Source: a virus
Taxonomy: Duplodnaviria > Caudoviricetes
Strand: one strand, 5' to 3'
DNA length: 28,958 nt
Virus record (IMG/VR): IMGVR_UViG_3300044674_001589
Span: 1-28,958 of that record
Each line of letters begins with the position of its first letter. Position 1 is the first letter of the stretch. The position numbers and the translations under genes were made by a program. Below are positions 18,072 through 26,957 of this stretch, piece after piece. Under the pieces are notes generated by a model. That model was not told the origin of the DNA and made no database searches. It saw only the letters and a program-made list of their open reading frames with translations.

Positions 18072-18255
18072 AATCGATCATGAACAACATGTTGATGGAG
18101 TAATGACCCTGCAGCTTGTAACGCTCGCAGATTCTCTTTGCTTGCTCAGCTGCCACGACTGAGTGCGTAGGGTTAGTCATCGGCTCACCATTGACACCAA
18201 CGCAGTACCGGTGGTCGTGCATATCTGTAGTTGTACGTAGTAATTCATAAGTCAT
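18028..18255 (-). CDS. Hypothetical protein (likely start MTYELLR)
   Basis: ATG at 18255 overlaps the exonuclease TGA; fills the gap on the coding strand. Confidence 0.6.
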   Translation of the reverse strand: MTYELLRTTTDMHDHRYCVGVNGEPMTNPTHSVVAAEQAKRICERYKLQGHYSINMLFMIDCERKAKEAAVGHEA

Positions 18256-18983
18256 GCTGCTGGCTCCCATAGCTTTGGTTCATTCCTAGTTGCGTCCCAG
18301 TCTGACCAGCGTAGTATCCTGGCCATGCGAGCCTGTAGCAGCGCGTCAGCCTTAGTCAGACCTTGTTTAATGAATGCTTGCTCAACCACTGACCATGCCG
18401 GGCGCTGACCTAGCAGCCCCTCAGCTCTCTTCTGTCCAATAGTTGGGCAGCCTGGGTAGCCATCAGTGCTATCGCCGGTCAGTGTCTGCATATAAAAATG
18501 CTTGTCTGCCTCGGCTTCTGAGATGTCCAGGCGCTCATCGGCTGTTGGCCGGTACAGCTTCCCAGGTATTGTCTTTAGGTCTTTATCGTCACTAACGATA
18601 ATCGCCTTGCCTACGTTTTCTGGTGTGGTCGCCATGATACCCAGGCAGTCGTCAGCTTCCAGGCCAGGCTTACTAAAGTGCGGATAGTTGTGCTTCAGCC
18701 AATCACACAGCGCCACGTAACCTAGTGGCTTGCGTGTCTTCTTGCGTCCCGACTTGTACGTAGGGTTTATGCGCTTACGGAAGTTATCCTTGCTGCTGAA
18801 GCACAGTAGTATGTCTTCTGATCCCAGAGTTTCATAGAATTGATCAAATGATTCCTGGACAATACGTTTTGCAATCTTCAGATCAGTAGAGAGTGACCAA
18901 ATGTCATCGCCCCAGTCTGTCTCTTCTTCTGTTGCCGCTACTGCCCGGAAGGCGTAGATGTCGGCGTCAATCAGTAATTTCAT
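18252..18983 (-). CDS. 5'-3' exonuclease (T7 gp6-like)
   Basis: LLIDAD, NFRK...YKSGR, LEADD, SDDKDLKTIPG, TLTGDSTDGYPGCPTIG, QARMARILR. Confidence 0.93.
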   Translation of the reverse strand: MKLLIDADIYAFRAVAATEEETDWGDDIWSLSTDLKIAKRIVQESFDQFYETLGSEDILLCFSSKDNFRKRINPTYKSGRKKTRKPLGYVALCDWLKHNYPHFSKPGLEADDCLGIMATTPENVGKAIIVSDDKDLKTIPGKLYRPTADERLDISEAEADKHFYMQTLTGDSTDGYPGCPTIGQKRAEGLLGQRPAWSVVEQAFIKQGLTKADALLQARMARILRWSDWDATRNEPKLWEPAA

Positions 18984-19317
18984 TTAAGATCCCCTTATGA
19001 AAGTCCATGCCATGCTGTGTGATAAACCAGACGTTGCCCCAGCGTTCTTCATCGATACGTGTTGAGATCAGGCCAAGGTCGGCAGCGCATGCAATGATGG
19101 TTGCGCTGTCCCTGGCAAACTGACCTTTAGTTGTAAACGGACGCCGCAGCGCTCGATCCAGGACGACCCACATTTCCAGGTCGTGCAGTGTCAGATCGTA
19201 TTCTTTAGTGGGTGTCTGCCCAGCTGTCTCCGAGCTGCCACTCAGCTGCGACTGGGAGACAGAAATCCCACGCTTCTCCAGCTGCTTTCGCGCTTCTTCG
19301 AACGATATCACCGACAT
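18967..19317 (-). CDS. T7 gp5.7-like protein with an N-terminal extension overlapping the polymerase gene
   Basis: FARDSATIIACAADLGLIST...WFITQHG matches the gp5.7 pattern as recalled (YVRNNASLVAEAASRGHIS...WEITASG); same position between polymerase and exonuclease; start uncertain. Confidence 0.68.
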   Translation of the reverse strand: MSVISFEEARKQLEKRGISVSQSQLSGSSETAGQTPTKEYDLTLHDLEMWVVLDRALRRPFTTKGQFARDSATIIACAADLGLISTRIDEERWGNVWFITQHGMDFHKGILNEITD

Positions 19318-20965
19318 GATCTGCGTCCCTTTCTCTCACTTGTATTTGGATTTCATCGTGAACCCAGGCCATGATGTTGGCGTCCAGGTCAGCTTCGATC
19401 AGTTGCTTTTGTGTCTCGATTAGCCAGGTAGCGGCGATAGTTGCGCCGGCACCCTGTAGAAGGCTGTTCAGAGCCTTGTGAGGGCTTCTGATCTTGATGT
19501 GCCTACCATCGAGCCCCAGTAGATAACCACGCTCTGCAGCGCTCTCTACGGCCTTTCTCAGGCGTCCTACAGCTGGCATACGTTCATTGAACCTATCCAG
19601 CAGTTGTCGGCCTTCTTTGAAGCCACCACCGACCACCTCACCAATCTTGGCAGCGCCGGCACCGTACAGATACGCATAGATAAACCGCTTACTCTGGTCG
19701 CGTGTTTCCAGGCCAGCGGCTCGCTGGTTTACGGTATGGATGTCACCTTCCAGGAGCTCCCTGGTATACGCATCGTTTTCCATGTAGTGCGCCAGGCAGC
19801 GTAGTTCGATTCCTGAAAGGTCGGCACCTAGCAGCTTGTAGCCTGGTTGAGCTGTGAAAAGCTCACGGCATTGCTTGCCGTAGGGCAGCCTGGTGGCTGG
19901 CACCTGGGCAAGGTTACAATTACGGTGTGATGCCCGGTGTGTGACAGTACCCTGGCTGATGATGCTGTGGTGTAGTTTACCGTCACGCTGCAGACGCAGC
20001 CATGCCTGACGGCCTTCAGCCAGCTGGCCGATCCGCTTCTGGATCATGAAGAACTCAGCGAGCTTCTGTGCCTCTGGGTAATCCAGCGTGGACAACACAG
20101 TCTCATCGATCTGTGCGTGTCCCTGGTTTGTTGTGAGTTTAGGCTTCCAGCCGTACTTGTGTGTCAGGCAGCGCTCGATGTGCCGCCGGCTGTTAGGGTT
20201 GAACTGCACGACTTTGACTTTGTCGAATGGTACGCCGGCTTTATAGCCCAGGGTCTTGTTGTCACGCTTCGGGATAAACTCTTCGTGTATTTCCCATGGC
20301 TCGAACAAGTCATGCAGCTGACCCTCGATCTCGGATCGCCGGGCAGCCAGAACAGCGTACAGCTCGTTGGCTTTCTTGACATCAAACGTCCAGCCAAACT
20401 TACCGATCTTGTCACACAGGGTTGCCAGGGTATGAGCAAGCTCAACCGCCGGCTGACTGTAGTTGTCCGGGTCTAACTTCTTGTACAGCGCCTTGGTGAC
20501 TTTTACGTCCTGGACGCAGTAGTACCACATGTCCTCGTTGAAGGTTTCCCAGCCCCCATCATAGTCACCTTTATGAAGACCAATACGTAGACCCCAAGCC
20601 TTTAGGCTGTGGGAACCATACATGCGCTTCGGGAGGATCTCAGCGTCTGCATGTGACCAGTTGGTCTCAAAGTCTTCATTAGTAAGGTCGGCATGGATCA
20701 GCCTGGAGAGCGTTAGCGTATCCGTTACACGTACAGTGTCAGGGAGAACAAAACTGCTGTAGACCTTCTGAAGGCTGGGAATGTCGTAGCTGATAATGTT
20801 ATGGCCAATGATCTCATCAGCCTGGGCAAGCAGCTGCAGCCCATCTTCCATATTCTCAGCTGTAAACGATTGGATTTCATCCGTGTCTAAGTCTTCACAG
20901 ATCAGACAATGGATAACGTCAGGGTCGAGACCGTTAGTCTCGATGTCGAAGACGATGCGTTTCAT
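19205..20965 (-). CDS. Family A DNA polymerase (T7 gp5-like), 586 aa from MKRIVFDIET
   Basis: Exonuclease motifs FDIET, GHNIISYD and YCVQDV; motif A DLSGIELR; motif B RDQSKRFIYAYLYG; motif C VHDE; GGAG RBS before ATG 20965 (the ORF-track start at 21055 is unlikely). Confidence 0.96.
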   Translation of the reverse strand: MKRIVFDIETNGLDPDVIHCLICEDLDTDEIQSFTAENMEDGLQLLAQADEIIGHNIISYDIPSLQKVYSSFVLPDTVRVTDTLTLSRLIHADLTNEDFETNWSHADAEILPKRMYGSHSLKAWGLRIGLHKGDYDGGWETFNEDMWYYCVQDVKVTKALYKKLDPDNYSQPAVELAHTLATLCDKIGKFGWTFDVKKANELYAVLAARRSEIEGQLHDLFEPWEIHEEFIPKRDNKTLGYKAGVPFDKVKVVQFNPNSRRHIERCLTHKYGWKPKLTTNQGHAQIDETVLSTLDYPEAQKLAEFFMIQKRIGQLAEGRQAWLRLQRDGKLHHSIISQGTVTHRASHRNCNLAQVPATRLPYGKQCRELFTAQPGYKLLGADLSGIELRCLAHYMENDAYTRELLEGDIHTVNQRAAGLETRDQSKRFIYAYLYGAGAAKIGEVVGGGFKEGRQLLDRFNERMPAVGRLRKAVESAAERGYLLGLDGRHIKIRSPHKALNSLLQGAGATIAATWLIETQKQLIEADLDANIMAWVHDEIQIQVRERDADHVGDIVRRSAKAAGEAWDFCLPVAAEWQLGDSWADTH

Positions 20966-20984
20966 GGTTGCTCTCCAGTCACGA

Positions 20985-21173
20985 TTAAATGACGCCGAGC
21001 ACCCAGTTCTCTGCAGTGTCTTCGGCGTATTGTTGTGTATGTCCGGTGATCTCACGTTCTTCGATGACGGCAGTGTCCTGGATCATAATGACCACGTACT
21101 TGTCGCCTTCTTTGATTACGTGAGCTTTTCGCCCGGCATATTTATGTGTTCCGTAATGAGTGCTTATGTTCAT
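20985..21173 (-). CDS. Small hypothetical protein (62 aa, ends YAEDTAENWVLG)
   Basis: ATGA overlap with the upstream ORF; GAAGG RBS; fits the compact gene tiling. Confidence 0.7.
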   Translation of the reverse strand: MNISTHYGTHKYAGRKAHVIKEGDKYVVIMIQDTAVIEEREITGHTQQYAEDTAENWVLGVI

Positions 21174-21367
21174 CCTTCACGATCCCACTTAGATCGCGCA
21201 TGACCGCGCCGGCACTCTATGACTTCACCTTCGGTTGATTGCATCATCCAACGCATCATGGCCTGGTGTCTTAGGTTGTTGTTGTTCTTCGGTTCGTACT
21301 GTGGGATCTCCAGGGGCAGCTTTAGGGCTTCCCTCAGCTGATCCATTGTCGGTACAGTATTCGTCAT
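21170..21367 (-). CDS. Hypothetical protein (65 aa)
   Basis: Strong GAGGAG RBS; stop coupled to the next ATG. Confidence 0.65.
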   Translation of the reverse strand: MTNTVPTMDQLREALKLPLEIPQYEPKNNNNLRHQAMMRWMMQSTEGEVIECRRGHARSKWDREG

Positions 21368-21584
21368 AGTTTCTCTCCTCTTCCATAAACGTCACGTGCC
21401 ACTGGGGCGCTGGAAATAGCCCATGCAAAATGACTTCGGTCTGGTCAAACCAGTCCAAGGTTTCTTGTGATTTGATATCGAATGACCTGGCTTCGAATGG
21501 GTCTGTGGTGACGCTTAGGCCATCACCATCTTTCACAAACAAAAGCTGGCCGGTAAGGGTATCTCTGATCTTGATAAAACACAT
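21225..21584 (-). CDS. Hypothetical protein (119 aa; the C-terminal part overlaps the next gene)
   Basis: GAGGTG RBS right after the helicase stop; 143-bp overlap with 21170..21367. Confidence 0.55.
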   Translation of the reverse strand: MCFIKIRDTLTGQLLFVKDGDGLSVTTDPFEARSFDIKSQETLDWFDQTEVILHGLFPAPQWHVTFMEEERNYDEYCTDNGSAEGSPKAAPGDPTVRTEEQQQPKTPGHDALDDAINRR

Positions 21585-21596
21585 GGCTGCACCTCA

Positions 21597-23255
21597 CTAA
21601 AAGGTGTCGCTGGCCTCAAGTAGGCGTCCTGTTTCCAGGTTGTATTTTACCTTGCCGGCGACACCGGTCTCACCGGTAAACCGGTTTTTCAATACGTGTA
21701 GATATCGATAGGCACCGTCAGGGTCGTCAGGATCGACCTGGAGACCAATCACGATGTCACTAAGCTGCACCGGACTGTGTGAGCCTCGGATCTGAGATAG
21801 GCGAACCTTGCTGCCTTCTTCATGTCCCTTGTCCCCCTCTGGTCGGCGCAGATGGCTCACCATGATCAAGCCAATGTTTAGCTCGCTCACAAGCGTTCTA
21901 AGAGCCGTACAGGCAATGTCTATCGCCTTCCGTTCGTCAGCAACCGCCAGGCCGCTGATCATGATTGATACGTGATCCAGGATGATCCACTTTACGTCCA
22001 GAGCTGCCACCATGTAGCGAATACGCTGAATGATGGTATCGACCTCAGACGATCCAAAGTGGTCATAGAGATACACCTGGTTGTCGCCAGGAAACAGCTC
22101 ATCAAAGGCTTTGTATAGGTCAGCCTCTTCGACACCTGTGCGATCCACAGTCACGTTCTTGTTCATGTGGATACCGAGCAGTCCCAGGATGGTCTTTTTG
22201 TTGCTTTCTTCGAGCATGATCATCCCGACCCTGTGGCCGGAAGTATGCAGCGAGTAAGCTATCTCACGTACCAGTGTAGACTTGCCGATACCAGATCCAG
22301 CCGTAATGGTGACCAACTCACCCTCACGCAGACCGAGTGTTACCTCGTTCAGACGTTGGAATGGGTAAGCAATGGCAGAGGCCGCGTCCACCACACCAAT
22401 GGCATCTCTGATATCGGCTGCGGCCACGATGCCGTCCGGGCGATATACTTTCGCCTCAAGAATGGCACCGACGATATCCTTGTGCTTGCCCTGGAGTAGG
22501 GTCTCGTTCGCATCTTTGTAAGGGAGAAAACAGATGCGACTTTGGCCGACCGGCAACAGCTCAGCTACCTCGATGGCAGCCTTGCGTCCCGGTTCGTCCA
22601 TATCGAAGCACAGGATAACTTCTTTGAACTGAGCAACGTAGTCCCAGTTGTCTTTGATTGATCTTACAGCGGCAGCAGCGCCAGCTGGTAGACTGACACA
22701 TGCTGTTGCATGCATTACAGACGCCACTGACATGGCATCCAGCTCGCCTTCTGTGATGACCAGGCGATTACCACCCTGCCATCTGTGTGATCCAAATAGT
22801 GGCAGCTTCTTGCCATCCCCAAGTAACTTGAAGTCCTTGTTCTTGAATCGGATCTTTTGTGCCACAGGTGTGCCGCCGGGGCTGTAGTACGTAGCTATCT
22901 GTACAGGCTGCCCCTGGTATGTACCCACCCGGTAGCCAAACTTCTTACATACTTCCTGGCTTATCCCCCTGGCCGGGATTGCTTGGATCTCGCCCTGGAG
23001 TAAACCTTCCGGCTTTGCTTGATGCGCTGCCTGTATAAGTTCTGCCGCAGCTGCTGAGCTGGTGGGTTGGAAGTCTTGGTCGAAGGTTTGGTGGTCTGTG
23101 CAGCTGAAGCAGTATGCTGCGTATCCTCTTTCGCCATTGTCATAAATCGCCCTGGCGTCACTCGAACCACAGGCATCGCATGGCTCGTGTGCCACAAATC
23201 TGCCGGCGTCATTCTCCTGACCCCAGGTCTCCATTGTTGTTTTCGATGGTTGCAT
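21597..23255 (-). CDS. Primase-helicase (T7 gp4-like)
   Basis: Zn finger CDAC...CFSC; TOPRIM ITEGELDAMS and DMD; Walker A GSGIGKST; ILDH; VSHLRR; RGS; LKNRFTG. Confidence 0.96.
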   Translation of the reverse strand: MQPSKTTMETWGQENDAGRFVAHEPCDACGSSDARAIYDNGERGYAAYCFSCTDHQTFDQDFQPTSSAAAAELIQAAHQAKPEGLLQGEIQAIPARGISQEVCKKFGYRVGTYQGQPVQIATYYSPGGTPVAQKIRFKNKDFKLLGDGKKLPLFGSHRWQGGNRLVITEGELDAMSVASVMHATACVSLPAGAAAAVRSIKDNWDYVAQFKEVILCFDMDEPGRKAAIEVAELLPVGQSRICFLPYKDANETLLQGKHKDIVGAILEAKVYRPDGIVAAADIRDAIGVVDAASAIAYPFQRLNEVTLGLREGELVTITAGSGIGKSTLVREIAYSLHTSGHRVGMIMLEESNKKTILGLLGIHMNKNVTVDRTGVEEADLYKAFDELFPGDNQVYLYDHFGSSEVDTIIQRIRYMVAALDVKWIILDHVSIMISGLAVADERKAIDIACTALRTLVSELNIGLIMVSHLRRPEGDKGHEEGSKVRLSQIRGSHSPVQLSDIVIGLQVDPDDPDGAYRYLHVLKNRFTGETGVAGKVKYNLETGRLLEASDTF

Positions 23256-23700
23256 CTTTGCTCTCCTGCAGCCAATCTTCGGGAATTACTTTGTGTGCGT
23301 ATTGGATGCCGTGCTTATCGCAGTATTTGGCATACGTAGTCGGTGAGCCTTTGTAGAGCTTCGCATTGGCGTTGCTGAACACCAGGCGTATGTCGATGTC
23401 GGGGCATTGCTGACGAATCAGTAGATGTTTGTGACGATCTTCCGTCAGCCATCGTCCTTTGGTTTCGACATAAAAATAGCCGCCAGGTTTTGGCAGCCGG
23501 AAGTCTGGTGTGTAGTGCGCCTGGCGCTCAGGCCATACAAACTGGATACGCTCAGTCTCGTATAAAACCTCAAGACCGCTTTCCTTTATCTGTCTTGCTG
23601 TCTTATCTTCGAGACCTGAGCGATACCCATTCTTGATGGCTCTCTGTCTAGAAGTTGGCGCTGAAGCCGTCTTCCGGTTTGTCTTCTTGCGAGGAGCCAT
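23209..23700 (-). CDS. Endonuclease I / Holliday junction resolvase (T7 gp3-like)
   Basis: YRSGLEDK, YTPDF, VETKG, KHLLIRQQCPDIDIRLVF, IPEDWL. Confidence 0.95.
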   Translation of the reverse strand: MAPRKKTNRKTASAPTSRQRAIKNGYRSGLEDKTARQIKESGLEVLYETERIQFVWPERQAHYTPDFRLPKPGGYFYVETKGRWLTEDRHKHLLIRQQCPDIDIRLVFSNANAKLYKGSPTTYAKYCDKHGIQYAHKVIPEDWLQESKDATIENNNGDLGSGE

Positions 23701-24205
23701 TATCGTTGCTTTCGTTGGTTTGTTCCGAGGCTACAAATGATCCCTCTTCTGCAGCAAAGCCGCCGCCGTCATCCTGGCGCTCTGCCAAGTCAATGACCTG
23801 GATCTTTGTAAGCTGCATGCTCACACCAATATTACCGGCGCTGTTATAGGCATGCAGTGTGCCGCCCATCTTCAATACAGAGCCGCCCCAGATCTGAGGC
23901 AGGTTGCTCGGCACGATGATCTGACCCTTGCTGTCGTACACCTTTGGCTGATACTTGGACTTTGCATTCAGAATGATCTCGCCGGTGTCCTGGTCAATCT
24001 TGTATGGTACCTTGGCTGTCTCAGCCTTCTTGCCAAACTCATCCAGGGCAAACTGTCGGATCTTGTCGCGCAGCTCTTTGCATTGGTCAGCTGGTACACG
24101 TAAGCCAGTCTTATACTTGCCCTCAGCATCAAACTGAGTGTCAGGGACGTTTAGCCATGGATACTCAGCTTTTCCCTTGTGTGTTTCGAATGATACTTTT
24201 GCCAT
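23648..24205 (-). CDS. ssb: Single-stranded DNA-binding protein (T7 gp2.5-like)
   Basis: YPWLNVPD, IWGGS, QVIDL; acidic tail ending in Phe; located just before endonuclease I. Confidence 0.9.
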   Translation of the reverse strand: MAKVSFETHKGKAEYPWLNVPDTQFDAEGKYKTGLRVPADQCKELRDKIRQFALDEFGKKAETAKVPYKIDQDTGEIILNAKSKYQPKVYDSKGQIIVPSNLPQIWGGSVLKMGGTLHAYNSAGNIGVSMQLTKIQVIDLAERQDDGGGFAAEEGSFVASEQTNESNDNGSSQEDKPEDGFSANF

Positions 24206-24356
24206 CTTCGGATACTCCTTGTTTCTCTTTGTTCTTGATGTTCGGTGTCAGCTGCAGACCCAGGCGCTGTGCTTCGCGCTCCAGGTCGGCAGGGATTGGT
24301 TTGTCTTGTGATTCGAGTAGACGCGCCTGTTCCAACACCCGTTCTCTTGGGTGCAT
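24165..24356 (-). CDS. Small hypothetical protein (63 aa from MHPRERVLEQA)
   Basis: GAGGA RBS before ATG 24356; first gene after the promoter-like motif (the ORF-track start at 24422 would span that motif). Confidence 0.7.
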   Translation of the reverse strand: MHPRERVLEQARLLESQDKPIPADLEREAQRLGLQLTPNIKNKEKQGVSEDGKSIIRNTQGKS

Positions 24357-24385
24357 ACGATCCTCGTTTTCTTTTTTATGGGGTC

Positions 24386-24407
24386 TATATGCTATGGGGG
24401 AACACAA
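24386..24407 (-). promoter_or_regulatory. Putative phage RNAP promoter TTGTGTTCCCCCATAGCATATA upstream of the replication genes
   Basis: 22 bp identical to 26958-26979; intergenic, just after the RNAP gene, where T7-like phages place their first class II promoters. Confidence 0.75.
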
Positions 24408-24428
24408 GTCCCCCACGCACATTAGAGA

Positions 24429-26933
24429 CTACGCAAAACAGTAGTCACTTTGAAGTACAGCCTTTATGTCCAGGCTGCCTTTAGTCGGTATTGTTGGCGC
24501 TTGTTTGTCCAGACCTAAGTCGATGTGTTCGAGTATCTGATCAGTGATGAAACTGTAGATACATACGCCATCGTACTGCTCGACAAACGCCTCACGCACA
24601 GCCATGAAGAGCTTGTCAGTGTCTGCCGGCACTGTGCCGAAGCTGTCATGGATCAGCATGAAGTTACGTACACGTTTATTTAAACACTTTAGTACAGTGC
24701 TCATTAGGTGACTGCTGTCCAGGCTGTGGATCATGTTAGGGCTCACAGCTGCGCCACACTTGCGTTTATCAACAGTCCTGGTATCGGCCATGTTAAGTAC
24801 AGCGCTGGTACGTACCTGGCTGTCTACCTGCTTGTCGTAGAGGTAGATCCGTAGGCGCTTAGCTTTGTTTTTGTAGTACGCATTATCGACTGGGAACCCG
24901 ACCGGCGTAAACCAGCTCATGGTCTGATTAACGTCAGCCAGGGCGTGTGCAAACGCCTGGAAGAACCGCATGCCATCTGCAGCGCCTACGATGACCTGGT
25001 TAATCGCTGTCCAGTTTGCATTGGCTAGCTTCCTGGCAGCCTTACCTGGGTCACTAAATGGATGCTTCGCCAGGTCACCTTTTCTCACACTGTTACGCAG
25101 TGGGATCATCAGGTCTTCCATCAGCTGATCCGTGAAGCCGTAGATCCCACTTGAGTAGCCGTAGGTCATCACGTTGCGCTTTACGACTTTCCTGGTGACA
25201 CCATAGTCAAGCCACTCTTTGGCCACTGGGTCATCGTCAGCCTTTAACAGATCAGTCACTTTGTCTGCTACTGCCTGGTAGATGTCCCGAGGCTTGTCGC
25301 CTGGCACCAGGTTGACCAGGGCTCCGTCAGTCTCAGTACAGCTCGCTGCACTAAAGTGTTGGATGCCACTGTTGGAACCATCAAGGTTGATAGGCAAGCC
25401 GCTTTCATAGTCAGTGCCATGAACCCAGAAGCCGAAGAACTCCCGGCATGCAGCCAGGAATGCAAATGGCTTGTCTGCCTTCGACCAGTACAGCTGTTCG
25501 GGATCAGCGCCATCATAGGTATTCTCGAAGTCGTTACCGATCTCTGCAATACGATCAGCATTATTGATGACCCACTGCACCCGGTCTTCGAATGACTGCT
25601 TACTGATCTTTTCGAAGTCGCCTGTGTTGGCTACCTGGATAGCGATCCACCTGGCACCAGATTCAGTGATTGGCTTCTTGTCAGCTACAGTGAATAGAGA
25701 CTTGATGTGGTCGCTGCGATGCGTGTTGAAGTTACACACTGGGTAAATGCGACCTCTGAAGTCAAAGCTGTGAGGCAAGTAAAAATGCTCGTAATTAGTC
25801 AGGTCTCTAGCTTGCCTTAGATCCATGGTCATCATCGAGCGATCAGCATCCACTTGCTTGTTGAGAGCACGGATGTCCTGAGCTTTCAGCCTTATGCCCT
25901 TCTTGTCCTCATCTGACAGCTCACTGTAGTTCTCTGGGAACTTTATGTGCTCCAGCTTGTCACGCTGAGGGAAACTATCGCCTGGCTGTAAGCTGTTTTC
26001 CCACGCCCACTCTACCGCTGCGAGTACGTATGTGTTCATGGTGTACCGTGTAGCCTGGATTGCATTAAGTGCATCTAAGGCCGGCTGCATACGGCCACTA
26101 CGTATTGCTGACTTTAGCATGCCACGCTGCTTAGGTGACATATGGCGCACTAGAGGCGTAGTACTGGCCAAAGCTGGATCTAAGTAACAGCCACTGTCAT
26201 CAGTGTCCCATGGTTTTGGTGGTGTGATCATCGGTGTAAACACAGGCTCATTCCAGCTGATCTCTTGATTGATGTCAGCGATGCCCTCTGAGGCTTCCTC
26301 GGTCAATCCAATTCTGTACACAGTCTTGTTGTCTTTGATCTGTGTCCAAATCTCGAAGACATTAGATGCCTCAAGTATAGCGCTCAGGATGGGTGCAGCT
26401 GCCTTCATCCTACGCTCCTGAGACCATTTCTCATGCACAAAGCCTTCTTTAGCTGCTATGTGTTTTACAGCCTTCTTGCGGTGCTCGCTGCTGCTGTTGT
26501 TGCTTGTAGCGAGGATGGTGATCCTGTCGTGAAGCCCCTTGTCGTATGCCTTCAGCTCAACACTAAAGTGCTCCATTTCGACACGGCCGCCAATGTTGCG
26601 AAGTACGCTAGTCCTGGTCGCAGCCATACCAACGCCTTCCATACAATTCACGAGACCTAAGTAACTTAGGAGCTCAGTATCTAAAGGCTTTAGATCCAGT
26701 ACCCAATCAAAAGGCCTACCATCAGCAGCAGACGCTTCGTCCAACCTAATGCGTAATGCTTCTGTAGTTGCCGCGAGTGCGTCCTTCAGTAGTCTAGAGT
26801 TAGCCGGCGCAATGCTTAAATCTTTCAGCTTTGCCTGTCGGTCTAAGAAACGGTCATGGCCGTCAGTCATCATTTGCTTCTCACGCTGCAGCTGGGCAAG
26901 CGTAGAGCCATTTAGTCTATCCATAGATGTCAT
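24429..26933 (-). CDS. Single-subunit DNA-dependent RNA polymerase (T7 gp1-like)
   Basis: 834 aa; DFRGRIY; motif A DGSNSGIQH; motif B RKVVKRNVMTYGY; PNMIHSLD; motif C IHDSFG; C-terminal YCFA. Confidence 0.98.
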   Translation of the reverse strand: MTSMDRLNGSTLAQLQREKQMMTDGHDRFLDRQAKLKDLSIAPANSRLLKDALAATTEALRIRLDEASAADGRPFDWVLDLKPLDTELLSYLGLVNCMEGVGMAATRTSVLRNIGGRVEMEHFSVELKAYDKGLHDRITILATSNNSSSEHRKKAVKHIAAKEGFVHEKWSQERRMKAAAPILSAILEASNVFEIWTQIKDNKTVYRIGLTEEASEGIADINQEISWNEPVFTPMITPPKPWDTDDSGCYLDPALASTTPLVRHMSPKQRGMLKSAIRSGRMQPALDALNAIQATRYTMNTYVLAAVEWAWENSLQPGDSFPQRDKLEHIKFPENYSELSDEDKKGIRLKAQDIRALNKQVDADRSMMTMDLRQARDLTNYEHFYLPHSFDFRGRIYPVCNFNTHRSDHIKSLFTVADKKPITESGARWIAIQVANTGDFEKISKQSFEDRVQWVINNADRIAEIGNDFENTYDGADPEQLYWSKADKPFAFLAACREFFGFWVHGTDYESGLPINLDGSNSGIQHFSAASCTETDGALVNLVPGDKPRDIYQAVADKVTDLLKADDDPVAKEWLDYGVTRKVVKRNVMTYGYSSGIYGFTDQLMEDLMIPLRNSVRKGDLAKHPFSDPGKAARKLANANWTAINQVIVGAADGMRFFQAFAHALADVNQTMSWFTPVGFPVDNAYYKNKAKRLRIYLYDKQVDSQVRTSAVLNMADTRTVDKRKCGAAVSPNMIHSLDSSHLMSTVLKCLNKRVRNFMLIHDSFGTVPADTDKLFMAVREAFVEQYDGVCIYSFITDQILEHIDLGLDKQAPTIPTKGSLDIKAVLQSDYCFA

Positions 26934-26957
26934 ATTGATCCCCTTAGTTCCCCTGCG

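Noticed and set aside
19205-20965. HMO-2011-type DnaJ zinc-finger (CxxCxGxG) insertion or an intein in the polymerase
   Set aside because: No such motifs; the protein is compact and colinear with T7-type polymerases. The RNR, helicase and TerL also show no obvious intein or intron insertions
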